This document shows positions 22,017 to 31,372 of a stretch of DNA of 58,375 nt, piece after piece (the stretch's first letter is position 1; each line of letters begins with the position of its first letter). The translations under genes were made by a program, and so were the position numbers. Source of the DNA: an uncultured Alphaproteobacteria bacterium (GTDB taxonomy: Bacteria; Pseudomonadota; Alphaproteobacteria; JAAXGF01); contig CAYYWV010000002.1 of assembly GCA_964475385.1 (NCBI GenBank), forward strand, positions 1-58,375, in the 5' to 3' direction. The notes under the pieces are model-generated. The model did not search any database, was not told the DNA's origin, and saw only the letters and a list, made by a program, of their open reading frames with translations.

Positions 22017-23050
22017 CCCGCAGCGCGGCGCACCCGCGCAACCAGGCGAGCGACATTCTCGGGCGGGGTCTGGGGCAAGACCCCGTGGCCGAGATTGAAC
22101 ACGTAAGCGCCGCCTCCCAAAGTCTCGACAAGGGAATCGATTGCCCGATCCATCGCCGCGCCGCCGACGAGAAGCATGACCGGGTCGAGGTTCCCCTGGA
22201 CCGCCCGGCGCTTCTGCACCGTCGCCGCCGCCCACTCGGGAGGCGCCGTGGCGTCCAAGCTCACGGCATCGACGCCCGTCTCGTCCCCATAAGCCTCGAT
22301 CATCAGGCCAGCGCCCCGCGGAAAGCCGATGATCGGAACCGCGCCGCAAGCCTCGCGGACCATCGCGACGAGCGCGCGCGTCGGCGCGATCACCCAACGC
22401 CTGAACGCCGATTCGGGCAGAACCCCGGCCCAGCTATCGAAGACCTGCACCGCCTCGGCGCCGCGCCGGATCTGGGCGATGAGATGAGCGGCGGTCGCCC
22501 GGACCACGACATCGATCAGACGGGCGAAGCCCGCCTCGTCCCCATAGGCCCAACGCTTGACCTCGGCGAAGTCGCGGCTTGCGCCGCCTTCGACCATATA
22601 GGTCGCGACCGTCCAGGGCGCGCCCGCAAATCCGATCAGGGCGACCTCGGAAGGAAGGCTCGCGGCCACCCGCTCAACCGTCTCATAGACCGGAGCAAGC
22701 CGATCAACCATCGCTTCGGGATCGAAAACGGGAAGCGCATCTCCCTGCCGGACGGGGGAAAGCCTCGGCCCTTCCCCTTCCACGAAGGCAAGCTCAAGCC
22801 CAAGGGCATGGGGCACGACGAGAATGTCGGAGAACAGGATCGCCGCGTCCATACCGAAGCGCCGCACGGGCTGAAGCGTCGCCTCGGCCGCAAGCGAAGG
22901 CGTGTAACAGAGATCGAGGAAGCTCCCGGCCCTCTCGCGAAGCCGCCGATACTCGGGCAGGTAGCGACCCGCTTGGCGCATCAACCAGACCGGCGGAGGT
23001 TGGCTCCCTGTTCGCTCAAGAGCGCGAAGCAGGGGCTTCGACTGTGTCAT
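22013..23050 (-). CDS. hemE: uroporphyrinogen decarboxylase
   Basis: ORF 22013..23050. It carries PPVWLMRQAGRYLPEYR, the signature of URO-D. Confidence 0.97.
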   Translation of the reverse strand: MTQSKPLLRALERTGSQPPPVWLMRQAGRYLPEYRRLRERAGSFLDLCYTPSLAAEATLQPVRRFGMDAAILFSDILVVPHALGLELAFVEGEGPRLSPVRQGDALPVFDPEAMVDRLAPVYETVERVAASLPSEVALIGFAGAPWTVATYMVEGGASRDFAEVKRWAYGDEAGFARLIDVVVRATAAHLIAQIRRGAEAVQVFDSWAGVLPESAFRRWVIAPTRALVAMVREACGAVPIIGFPRGAGLMIEAYGDETGVDAVSLDATAPPEWAAATVQKRRAVQGNLDPVMLLVGGAAMDRAIDSLVETLGGGAYVFNLGHGVLPQTPPENVARLVARVRRAAG

Positions 23051-23521
23051 TGGGAGGTCATCGATGATCGGGAAAAAGGGCTCGCTGGCATTGGGCGGCT
23101 CTTTCCATACTACCTTTCAAAAAGGAAAGAAAGGTGGCGTGGTGTAGTGGAACGCTGTGTGAATCGGGGATTGTCGGTTGTCCACCGGAAATCCCGAATC
23201 GGCCGCGGCCGCAACGCGGCCTCGCCTGGGCCGTGCATAACCGGTGTATGGCTGTGGGAAAATTCGCGCTCGTCGGCGCGATCGGCCCTCTGCGCGCCGC
23301 TTGACGGGGGGTGTGGATTGCGGGAAACCGATTGGACCCGGGCGACGGTTTTCCGAGTCATCCCCGGCTTGGGACCGGAACCGTGATCGTTGTCCCCAGA
23401 CAACAAGCCGTGGTATGGCGAAGGCGCGAGCGGGGAGCGATTTGGGCGGTCGCCGCGAAGGTCTCGGTTATCCCCGTGATTCGCGATCTGCGACCGGCCC
23501 CGCGACAGGAGAGCGCACGTC
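23051..23521. other. oriC: candidate chromosomal replication origin (oriC)
   Basis: This is the largest non-coding gap in the window. It is bracketed by hemE and the DUF299 gene, as at alphaproteobacterial origins. It contains six degenerate DnaA-box-like 9-mers and an AT-rich tract at 23101-23135. Gene-strand bias switches here, and parS sites lie 10-12 kb away. Confidence 0.6.
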
Positions 23522-24385
23522 ATGAAGCGGTTCCATCTCCATCTCGTTTCCGACGCCACGGGCGAGACCATCAACAGCGTTGCGCGCGCGGTGATCGCTC
23601 AGTTCGAAGACGTGGAGGCGGTCGAGCACTTCTGGTCCCTGGTTCGCAGCGAACGTCAGATCGACAACGTCCTCGCCGCCATCAAGGAAACGCCCGGGGT
23701 CGTTTTGTTCACGCTGGTCGACAAGACCTTGCGCGACCGGCTGGAGCGCGGTTGCCATCGCCTTGGCGTGCCGTCGGTCCCGGTGCTCGAGCCGGTGATC
23801 GAGGTGCTGAGCGCCCATATCGGCAGCAAGGTCAGCGGCCAGCCGGGGCGTCAGCATCTGCTCGACGCCGAGTACTTCACCCGGATCGACGCCATGCACT
23901 TCGTGCTCGCCCACGACGACGGCCAATCGGTCCACGACCTCGAAGACGCGGACGTGGTTCTCGTCGGAGTTTCGCGAACCTCGAAGACGCCGACCTGCTT
24001 CTACCTCGCCAACCGTGGGATCAAGGCGGCGAACGTGCCGGTGGTTCCCGGCGCGCCGCTGCCGCCCGAAGTTGAGGCCCTGACCCGACCCTTGGTTCTT
24101 GGCCTCACCATCACGCCTGAGCGCCTGGTCGAGATTCGCCGCAACCGCCTGCGCATGCTTCGCCAGGATGCCGAGACCGACTACGTCGATCTCGAGCGCG
24201 TGACCGAGGAGGTTCTCGCCGCACGTCGTCTGTTCGCCAAGCAACGCTGGCCGGTGATCGATGTGACCCGGCGCTCGATCGAGGAGGTCGCAGCCGCGAT
24301 TCTTCAACAGCTCGCGAAGCACAATGGCGGCGAGATCGTTTTCTCGACGCGCATTCCGCCCGGTGCGGCCGACGTTCCACGTTAG
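23522..24385 (+). CDS. pyruvate,phosphate dikinase / PEP synthase regulatory protein (DUF299 kinase/pyrophosphorylase)
   Basis: ORF 23522..24385. It starts HLHLVSDATGETINSVARA and has the P-loop-like GVSRTSKTPTCFYLANRG. Confidence 0.9.
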   Translation: MKRFHLHLVSDATGETINSVARAVIAQFEDVEAVEHFWSLVRSERQIDNVLAAIKETPGVVLFTLVDKTLRDRLERGCHRLGVPSVPVLEPVIEVLSAHIGSKVSGQPGRQHLLDAEYFTRIDAMHFVLAHDDGQSVHDLEDADVVLVGVSRTSKTPTCFYLANRGIKAANVPVVPGAPLPPEVEALTRPLVLGLTITPERLVEIRRNRLRMLRQDAETDYVDLERVTEEVLAARRLFAKQRWPVIDVTRRSIEEVAAAILQQLAKHNGGEIVFSTRIPPGAADVPR

Positions 24386-24409
24386 GGCGACGAGGAAGAA
24401 GACCGTCAC

Positions 24410-25021
24410 ATGGCAATGGACGCCCACTCCAAAGTCGTGCTCGCCTCGCGCTCGCCGACGCGGGCCGCGCTTCTCCGCAACGCAGGCGTCGTTTTCGAGG
24501 TCGATGCCGCAGGGGTCGACGAAACCGAGGTCAAAGCCGCGCTCAAGGCTGAAAATGCGCCCTCGCGGGAGATCGCTCTCACTCTTGCCGAGCTCAAGGC
24601 CCGGGGGGTCTCGCGCCGGCGCCCGGGCGCGCTTGTCATCGGCGCGGACCAGCTCCTCGACTGCGAGGGGCGGCTGTTCGACAAGCCCGGCGACATGGCT
24701 GCGGCGCGGCGCGATCTTCTTCTTCTGCGCGGTCGGACTCACAGCCAGATCAGCGCGGTCTGCGTGGTTCTGGATGAGGCGACGATCTGGCGGCACGCGG
24801 ACGTCGCGCGCCTTGTCGTGCGTCCCTTCTCGGACGCGTTTCTCGAATCCTACCTCGCCGCCGCCGGAGACGAGATCCGCGGCTGCGTTGGCGCCTATCG
24901 GCTTGAGGGCCTCGGCGCGCAGCTTTTCTCGCGCATCGAGGGAGACTACTTCACCGTTCTCGGCCTGCCGTTGTTGCCGCTGCTCGCGTTTCTGCGCGAG
25001 CACGGGGTGGTGATGCCATGA
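24410..25021 (+). CDS. maf: Maf-like nucleoside triphosphate pyrophosphatase
   Basis: ORF 24410..25021. Sequence shows VVLASRSPTRAALLRNAGV and GAYRLEGLGAQLFSRIEGDYFTVLGLPL. Confidence 0.9.
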   Translation: MAMDAHSKVVLASRSPTRAALLRNAGVVFEVDAAGVDETEVKAALKAENAPSREIALTLAELKARGVSRRRPGALVIGADQLLDCEGRLFDKPGDMAAARRDLLLLRGRTHSQISAVCVVLDEATIWRHADVARLVVRPFSDAFLESYLAAAGDEIRGCVGAYRLEGLGAQLFSRIEGDYFTVLGLPLLPLLAFLREHGVVMP

Positions 25022-25866
25022 CGCTTACGGGCGCGGCTCGGGTTGCGGGCGTCATGGGTTGGCCGATCGCGCATTCGCGCTCGCCCCGGCTGCACGGGTA
25101 CTGGCTCGAGGCCTATGGAATCGACGGCGCCTATGTGCCGCTTGCGGTCGCGCCCGAAAACCTCGCCTGCGCGCTTGACGCCTTGCCGGCGCTCGGCTTC
25201 GCGGGCGTGAACCTGACCGTTCCCCACAAGGAGGCGGCGCTCGGTCGGATGGCGCGGATCAGCGAGGCGGCGCGGCGGATCGGCGCTGTCAACACGGTGG
25301 TCGTGGCCGACGACGGCAGCCTTTCGGGAGACAACACCGACGCCTTCGGTTTCATCGAGAACCTGCGCGCGGGGGCGCCCGCTTGGCGGGCCGAGGCCGG
25401 GCCTGCGGCGGTGCTCGGCGCCGGCGGCGCAGCTCGCGCCGTCTGCGTCGCGCTCGCCGACGCCGGCGCGCCCGAGGTTCGCATCGTCAACCGAACCAAG
25501 GCGCGCGCCGAAGCGCTCGCCGCCGCGCTCGGCGGACCCTTTTCGGCTTGGGGTTGGGATGCGCTCGATGAGGCGCTCGCCGGCGCGGCGCTCCTTGTCA
25601 ACGCGACCACCATCGGCATGGCGGGCGGACCGGCGGCGACGATCGACCTTTCTCCCTTGCCGCCCCATGCGGTGGTCAACGACATCGTCTACGTTCCCCG
25701 CACGACCCCGCTTCTCGCCGCCGCCGCCGCCCGAGGGCTCAGAACCGTCGATGGGCTCGGCATGCTGCTCCATCAGGCGCGGCCAGGCTTTCGGGCCTGG
25801 TTCGGCGTCGATCCCGAGGTCACGCCCGAGCTTCGCGCCTTCGTTGCGCGCGATCTCGAGACCTGA
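25018..25866 (+). CDS. aroE: shikimate dehydrogenase
   Basis: ORF 25018..25866. The ATG overlaps the maf stop. Sequence shows GWPIAHSRSPRLHGYW, NLTVPHKEAA and GAVNTV. Confidence 0.93.
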   Translation: MTLTGAARVAGVMGWPIAHSRSPRLHGYWLEAYGIDGAYVPLAVAPENLACALDALPALGFAGVNLTVPHKEAALGRMARISEAARRIGAVNTVVVADDGSLSGDNTDAFGFIENLRAGAPAWRAEAGPAAVLGAGGAARAVCVALADAGAPEVRIVNRTKARAEALAAALGGPFSAWGWDALDEALAGAALLVNATTIGMAGGPAATIDLSPLPPHAVVNDIVYVPRTTPLLAAAAARGLRTVDGLGMLLHQARPGFRAWFGVDPEVTPELRAFVARDLET

Positions 25867-25875
25867 AGGCGCTCC

Positions 25876-26523
25876 GTGGTCGTTCTCGGGCTTACTGGAT
25901 CGATCGGCATGGGCAAGTCGGTCGCCGCCGCCATGTTCGCCCGCGAAGGCGCGGCGGTGTTCGACGCCGATGCGGCGGCGCATGCGCTTCTCGGGCCGGG
26001 CGGCGCGGCGGTCGCCGAGACGGCCGAAGCGTTTCCGGATTGCCTTTGCACGGTCGACGGCCGGCCGGCGATCGACCGGCGCGCGCTCGGCCGACGGGTC
26101 TTCGGCGACGATGCCGCGATCGCCCGGCTCGAAGCGATCCTGCATCCCCGGGTCCGAGCGGCTGAACGTCGGTTCATCAAGCGGATGCGCGCGCAAAGAC
26201 GCGCGCTCGTGGTGCTCGACATCCCGCTTCTGTTCGAGACCGGAGGCGAGCGCCTGTGCGACGCCGTCGCGGTCGTCGTCGCGCCCCCTTTCGTGCAGGA
26301 AAGCCGGGTTCTCGCCCGACCGGGAATGACGCCCGCGCGCCTCGCCGCGATCCGCGCGCGCCAGACGCCGGACCGCGAGAAGGTCCGCCGCGCCGACTTC
26401 GTCATTCCGACCGGGCTTGGCCGCGCCCAGACCTTGCGCTGCGTCCGCGCCATCGTCAGAATACTGACCGACGGCCGCGAATCCCGGGCGCGCCGGCGTC
26501 GTCGATCGTTCTGCAGACCCTGA
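25876..26523 (+). CDS. coaE: dephospho-CoA kinase
   Basis: ORF 25876..26523 with a GTG start. It has the P-loop LGLTGSIGMGKS. Confidence 0.9.
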   Translation: MVVLGLTGSIGMGKSVAAAMFAREGAAVFDADAAAHALLGPGGAAVAETAEAFPDCLCTVDGRPAIDRRALGRRVFGDDAAIARLEAILHPRVRAAERRFIKRMRAQRRALVVLDIPLLFETGGERLCDAVAVVVAPPFVQESRVLARPGMTPARLAAIRARQTPDREKVRRADFVIPTGLGRAQTLRCVRAIVRILTDGRESRARRRRRSFCRP

Positions 26524-26555
26524 CAGGCGAAAGAGCAGCGAAGGCAGCGTCCATC

Positions 26556-27236
26556 ATGCGCGAGTGCGTCGTCGACACCGAGACCACCGGCCTCGATCCG
26601 ACCAACGGCGATCGGATCGTCGAGATCGGTTGCGTCGAGCTCGTGAACCTTGTGCCGACGGGCCGCGAGTTCCAGGTCTACATCAATCCCGAACGCGACA
26701 TGCCCGAGGCGGCCTTCGCCGTCCATGGCCTGTCGACAGAGTTTCTAAAATCGAAACCCGTGTTCGCCGATGTGGTCGAAGACTTTCTCGCTTTTATCGG
26801 CGACGCCGCGCTCGTCATGCACAACGCCGAGTTCGACCGCGGTTTCCTCAACGCCGAGCTTGCGCGAATCAAGCGCCCGCTTCTGCCGCCCGAGCGGGTG
26901 ATCGACACCGTGCGGATCGCGCGCAGCCGGTTTCCGGGCGCGCCCGCTAGTCTCGACGCGCTCTGCCGGCGATTCGGAATCGACGCTTCAGAGCGGACGG
27001 TCCACGGCGCGCTCCTCGACGCCCAGCTCTTGGCCGAGGTCTATCTCCAGCTCCGCGGCGGACGCCAGCCGGCGCTCGGGCTCGATGCCGCGGTCCGCTC
27101 CGATCCCGTGGCGACCGGGAGCGTGGCAGACGCGCGCATCCGGCCTCCGCGCCCCCATGCGCCGAGCGAGGCCGAGATGGCGGCGCACGCCGCCTTCATC
27201 GAAGGGACCGTGAGAAATCCGATCTGGCGGAGTTAG
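26556..27236 (+). CDS. dnaQ: DNA polymerase III subunit epsilon
   Basis: ORF track 26256..27236, trimmed to ATG 26556. It carries Exo I VVDTETTGLDP, Exo II HNAEFDRGFL and Exo III HGALLDAQLLAEVY. Confidence 0.93.
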   Translation: MRECVVDTETTGLDPTNGDRIVEIGCVELVNLVPTGREFQVYINPERDMPEAAFAVHGLSTEFLKSKPVFADVVEDFLAFIGDAALVMHNAEFDRGFLNAELARIKRPLLPPERVIDTVRIARSRFPGAPASLDALCRRFGIDASERTVHGALLDAQLLAEVYLQLRGGRQPALGLDAAVRSDPVATGSVADARIRPPRPHAPSEAEMAAHAAFIEGTVRNPIWRS

Positions 27237-27281
27237 AGCCGGTTCGCTCGCGGGGGATCGCTCCGGGCTCCGGGCCGACGC

Positions 27282-27827
27282 CTATTCGTCGTCATCCGCA
27301 TCGTCGTCGGCATCGTCGCTCACGGGCATGCTGCCGTTCCCGCCGGCCTGGGCGGCGTGGTGGCTCTGGTAAAGCGCCATGAAATCGATCGGCTGGAGCA
27401 TCAGCGGCGCGAAGCCGCCGTCGCGGACCGAATCGGCGATGATCCGACGGGCGAAAGGAAACAGAATTCGCGGGCACTCGACCATGGTGACGAGGCCGAG
27501 CGTCGCCTCGTCGAAGCCGGAAATCTGGAACAGCCCGCCGTAAGCGAGTTCAACGATGAAGGCGACGGCCTCGCCCCGGGTCGCCTTGACCTCGAACTCG
27601 AGCAGAACCTCGTAGGTGTCCTCGGCGACCCGGCGCGATTTGACCTTCACGCCGACGTCGCCGTGGGGCTGGCCTTCCTCGCCGGCGAGGCTCGCCGGCG
27701 CAAGCGGGTTCTCGAACGAAAGATCCTTGACGTACTGGGTCAGGATCGAGAGCGAGGGCGTCGCTTCTGCGGGCTCGTCGGCCGCAGCCGGGTCGTTTTG
27801 CGCCGGGTTCGGTGTGTCGTCGGCCAT
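27282..27827 (-). CDS. secB: protein-export chaperone SecB
   Basis: ORF track 27282..27866, trimmed to ATG 27827. Sequence shows LSILTQYVKDLSFENP and ILFPFARRIIADSVRDGGFAPLMLQPIDF. It has an unusually acidic tail, DDADDDADDDE. Confidence 0.92.
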   Translation of the reverse strand: MADDTPNPAQNDPAAADEPAEATPSLSILTQYVKDLSFENPLAPASLAGEEGQPHGDVGVKVKSRRVAEDTYEVLLEFEVKATRGEAVAFIVELAYGGLFQISGFDEATLGLVTMVECPRILFPFARRIIADSVRDGGFAPLMLQPIDFMALYQSHHAAQAGGNGSMPVSDDADDDADDDE

Positions 27828-27914
27828 CTCGGGGCTCCGTCGTTGACGAGTGGCAGTGGCTACCACGCTCCCGGGCCGGGCACAAGCCCCGGGGCGCGAT
27901 TCCCGACCATGGGC

Positions 27915-28406
27915 TTACCTGCGCCGCGGATCTTTCCCGTCGAGACGCGGGCGTTCGGCGGGCGACGGGGGATCTTCGTCGACCACCGTGTACTCGCCGT
28001 CGATCACGTCGTCGCGCGCCGCGTGAAAGCCGAAGATATGGACCTCGCCACGGGCCGCCATCCGGCGCAGGGCCCAGAAGGCGAGCGCCTGGCGCAGCGC
28101 CGGCACGAGAAGCGCGGCGCCTGCGAGATCGGTGACGAAGCCGGGCGTGAGCAAAAGCGCGCCGGCGAGCAGAAGACCCACGCCATCGACGATCTCGCGC
28201 ACCGGAACGTCGCCGCGGGCGATCGTCTCGCGGGCGCGCGCAAGCGTCGCAAGCCCCTGATGATGAAGCACGGCCCCGCCGGCGACCGCGGTGGCGACCA
28301 CAAGGCCGAGCGTTGGCCACAGCCCCAACCATCCGCCGACCTTGACGAAGACGGCGATCTCGACCATCGGTATGGCGATGAGGGCGAGAAAAATGGCGAG
28401 GCCCAT
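27915..28406 (-). CDS. fxsA: FxsA-family membrane protein
   Basis: ORF 27915..28406. Sequence shows PMVEIAVFVKVGGWLG and LLTPGFVTDLAGAALLVP. Confidence 0.85.
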   Translation of the reverse strand: MGLAIFLALIAIPMVEIAVFVKVGGWLGLWPTLGLVVATAVAGGAVLHHQGLATLARARETIARGDVPVREIVDGVGLLLAGALLLTPGFVTDLAGAALLVPALRQALAFWALRRMAARGEVHIFGFHAARDDVIDGEYTVVDEDPPSPAERPRLDGKDPRRR

Positions 28407-28578
28407 GCTTGCGTCGTCCTTTCAAGCGGCTTATCTAAGAACTTAAGGGCCGCATCTCTTTGGCGGCGGTGAAGACTCGACCCGAGGCCGCCAGGCCTCT
28501 ACCCTGTGATCGGTTCGCCGACGGCCGAACGGTTCGGCCGTCGCATGCAGGCCGCCCACGTCCCGCGGGACGGAGACC

Positions 28579-29268
28579 ATGAACGAAGGCTTCCAATTCC
28601 TCGATATCATATTTTTCGCCATGGTCGCAGCGTTCATTCTGCTGCGCTTGCGGAGCGTGCTCGGCCGCCGCACCGGTCACGAACGGCGGCCGGCCGATGC
28701 GCTTGCGCGCCGGCGGGCCGAGAGCGGCGAGGATAACGTGATCCGCCTTCCCGACGCCGAAGCGGCCGGTCAGGACGCGGACGCCGAGGACGACTTCGCC
28801 GACGTGGGCGACGAGGCGCTCGCCGCCGGGCTGACCCAGATCAAGATCGCCGATCCGAGCTTCACCCGCGCGCATTTCCTCGAGGGCGCGCGGGCCGCGT
28901 TCGAGATGATCATCGCCGCCTTCGCCGCCGCCGACACCGAGGCGCTTCGCCCCCTGCTCGCCGACGACACTTACGCGCGCTTCGCCCAGAACATTCGGGA
29001 CCGCCTTGCGGCCGGGCACACATTGGAGACGGTGCTGGTCTCGATCGACTCGGCCGACATCATCGAGGCCGGAATGAACGGGCGCAACGCCTTCGTCACG
29101 GTGCGTTTCGTCAGCCATCAGATCAACGTCACCCGCGACGCAGACGGCGCGGTGGTCGAAGGCGATCCCCGGACCGCCGTCGAGGTGGTCGACATCTGGA
29201 CCTTCGAGCGCAACACCCGTTCGCGCGATCCCAACTGGCGGCTGGTGGCGACGCGCGAGTCTGCGTGA
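28579..29268 (+). CDS. Tim44-like domain protein
   Basis: ORF 28579..29268. It has an N-terminal TM helix (FLDIIFFAMVAAFILLRL) and a C-terminal Tim44-type domain (VVDIWTFERN...DPNWRLVAT). Confidence 0.85.
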   Translation: MNEGFQFLDIIFFAMVAAFILLRLRSVLGRRTGHERRPADALARRRAESGEDNVIRLPDAEAAGQDADAEDDFADVGDEALAAGLTQIKIADPSFTRAHFLEGARAAFEMIIAAFAAADTEALRPLLADDTYARFAQNIRDRLAAGHTLETVLVSIDSADIIEAGMNGRNAFVTVRFVSHQINVTRDADGAVVEGDPRTAVEVVDIWTFERNTRSRDPNWRLVATRESA

Positions 29269-29294
29269 TCGTCCGGCTTTCGCTGCCCTGACCC

Positions 29295-30533
29295 ATGGGG
29301 AACGACTCGGGAGCGGCGATGCGACGAACAGTGCGGGCGGGACTCGTTCTCGGCGCGCTGCTCGCGCTCGCGGCCTGCGTTCAGACGCCCCCGCCCGAGC
29401 CTCGGCTCGACCTTGCCCCCGTCTCCTTCGCCGATCTTCCGGGCTGGAGCGCCGATTCGCAAGGAGAGGCGCTCGTTGCGTTCCGGCGGAGCTGCGCACG
29501 GATCGCGCGGCTTCCCGACGACCGGCCCCTCGGCGCCCTGGCGGCCGCCGGCCGGGCGGGCGACTGGCGCGCGCCTTGCGCCGCCGCCGCCCAAGTCCCA
29601 ACGGACGACGACGCCGCGGCCCGGCGCTTCTTCGAGACCTGGTTCGCGCCGTATGCGGCGCGCGACCGGGGCCGGCGCGAAGGGCTGTTCACCGGCTATT
29701 TCGAGCCCCTGCTCGATGGTTCGCGGACGCGCGATTCGCGCTATCGCATTCCGCTTTACGGCCGGCCCGCCGATCTGGTGACGGTCGATCTCGGCCTGTT
29801 CGCGGACGATCTCGCGGGGCGGCGGATCGCGGGCCGGATCGACGGCGGCCGGCTTCTGCCGTACGAGAGCCGGGCCGAGATCATGGCCGGCGCGCTCGCC
29901 GGACGGGCGCCGGTGCTGGCCTGGGTCGATGATCCGGTCGACGCCTTCTTCCTTCAGGTTCAGGGATCGGGCCGGGTGCGGCTGCGCGAGGGCGGCGTCC
30001 TCAGGCTCGGCTACGCCGCGAGCAACGGGCATCCTTACGTCAGCATCGGCCGCGTTCTGGTCGCGCGCGGCGCGCTTGCGCCCGAGGCCGTCTCGCTCCA
30101 GACGATCCGGGCCTGGATCGCCGATCACCCGGACGAGGCCGCCGCATTGCTCGCCGCCAACCCGTCTTATGTGTTCTTCCGCGCGCTTTCGGGCGACGGC
30201 CCGCTCGGTAGCCAAGGCGCGGTGCTGACTCCCGGGCGCAGCCTCGCGGTCGACCGCAGGTTCATCCCGCTCGGCGCGCCGGTCTATCTTGTCGGGACGA
30301 TGCCTGCGCCCGAAGCCGGCGACGCGGATCGCCCGCTCAACCGTCTGCTGATCGCCCAGGATACCGGCGGCGCGATTCGCGGACCGCTGCGCGGCGACGT
30401 GTTCTGGGGCTTCGGCCCGCGCGCAGAAGCGATCGCCGGGCGCATGAAGCACCCGGGGCGGATCTATCTTCTGCTGCCGCGCGCGCCGGTTCTTGCGTCT
30501 AAGGACCGGCTCCCCCATTCTGTGCCGCAATGA
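29295..30533 (+). CDS. mltA: murein transglycosylase A
   Basis: ORF 29295..30533. It has the lipobox LALAAC and MltA/3D-domain motifs (FFLQVQGSGRVRL, IAQDTGGAIRG). The start could instead be ATG 29319. Confidence 0.9.
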   Translation: MGNDSGAAMRRTVRAGLVLGALLALAACVQTPPPEPRLDLAPVSFADLPGWSADSQGEALVAFRRSCARIARLPDDRPLGALAAAGRAGDWRAPCAAAAQVPTDDDAAARRFFETWFAPYAARDRGRREGLFTGYFEPLLDGSRTRDSRYRIPLYGRPADLVTVDLGLFADDLAGRRIAGRIDGGRLLPYESRAEIMAGALAGRAPVLAWVDDPVDAFFLQVQGSGRVRLREGGVLRLGYAASNGHPYVSIGRVLVARGALAPEAVSLQTIRAWIADHPDEAAALLAANPSYVFFRALSGDGPLGSQGAVLTPGRSLAVDRRFIPLGAPVYLVGTMPAPEAGDADRPLNRLLIAQDTGGAIRGPLRGDVFWGFGPRAEAIAGRMKHPGRIYLLLPRAPVLASKDRLPHSVPQ

Positions 30534-31372
30534 TCGGGAGGGACGGGAACCGGGGCGACGACCGCAGCGGGCCAGAGGCCGGCGCGGCGCCCGCGCGTCC
30601 CCGGGTCGGGCTGTTCGTCACCTGCCTCGTCGATCTCTTCCGGCCCCGGGTTGGCTTCGCCGCGGTCAAGCTGCTCGAGGACGCGGGCTGCCGGGTCTCG
30701 GTCCCCGCCGTTCAGACCTGCTGCGGCCAGCCGGCCTACAACGCGGGCGACCGGGCGGACGCCTCCGCGATCGCGCGCGACGTGATCGCGGCGTTTGCGG
30801 ACTTCGATTACGTGGTCGCGCCGTCGGGGTCTTGCGCCGGCATGCTGCGCCATCACTATCCCGCGCTGTTCGCGGACGATCCGGCCATGGGCCCGAGGGC
30901 CCGCGCGCTTGCCGAACGGACCTTCGAGCTCGTCGCCTTTCTTCACGACGTCATGGGGGTGACGGAGGTCTCGGCCCGGTTCGAGGGCGCGGTCACCTAT
31001 CACGACGCTTGCTCGGGCCTGCGCGAGCTCGGCGTGCGCGACCAGCCGCGCCGGCTTCTGCAAAGCGTGGCCGGGCTTTCGCTTGTGGAGATGAGCGATC
31101 CCGAGCTCTGCTGCGGGTTCGGCGGCACCTTCTGCGTGAAGTACCCCGAGATTTCGGGGCGCATGGTCGCCGACAAGGTCGCCGATGCGGCCCAGACCGG
31201 GGCCGATCTCCTGCTCGCCGGCGACCTCGGCTGCCTTCTCAACATCGCGGGGCGGCTCCGCCGCGAGGGTCGGCCGATCGCCGCGCGCCATGTGGCCGAG
31301 GTGCTCGCCGGGATGGCGGACGGCCCGGCCATCGGCGAGCCGCGCGGCGGGGGCGAGGGCGAGCGGCGATGA
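30530..31372 (+). CDS. lutA: lactate utilization protein A-type (Fe-S) oxidoreductase
   Basis: ORF 30530..31372. It has two CCG-type Cys motifs (TCCGQPAYNAGD, LCCGFGGTF), placing it in the YkgE/LutA family. Confidence 0.85.
   Translation: MIGRDGNRGDDRSGPEAGAAPARPRVGLFVTCLVDLFRPRVGFAAVKLLEDAGCRVSVPAVQTCCGQPAYNAGDRADASAIARDVIAAFADFDYVVAPSGSCAGMLRHHYPALFADDPAMGPRARALAERTFELVAFLHDVMGVTEVSARFEGAVTYHDACSGLRELGVRDQPRRLLQSVAGLSLVEMSDPELCCGFGGTFCVKYPEISGRMVADKVADAAQTGADLLLAGDLGCLLNIAGRLRREGRPIAARHVAEVLAGMADGPAIGEPRGGGEGERR

Noticed and set aside
23051-23521. CtrA boxes and GANTC (CcrM) enrichment in the origin gap
   Set aside because: There is no TTAA-N7-TTAA or convincing half-site pair. There are four GANTC sites (23161, 23196, 23356, 23478) against roughly 1.4 expected, which is not compelling on its own.
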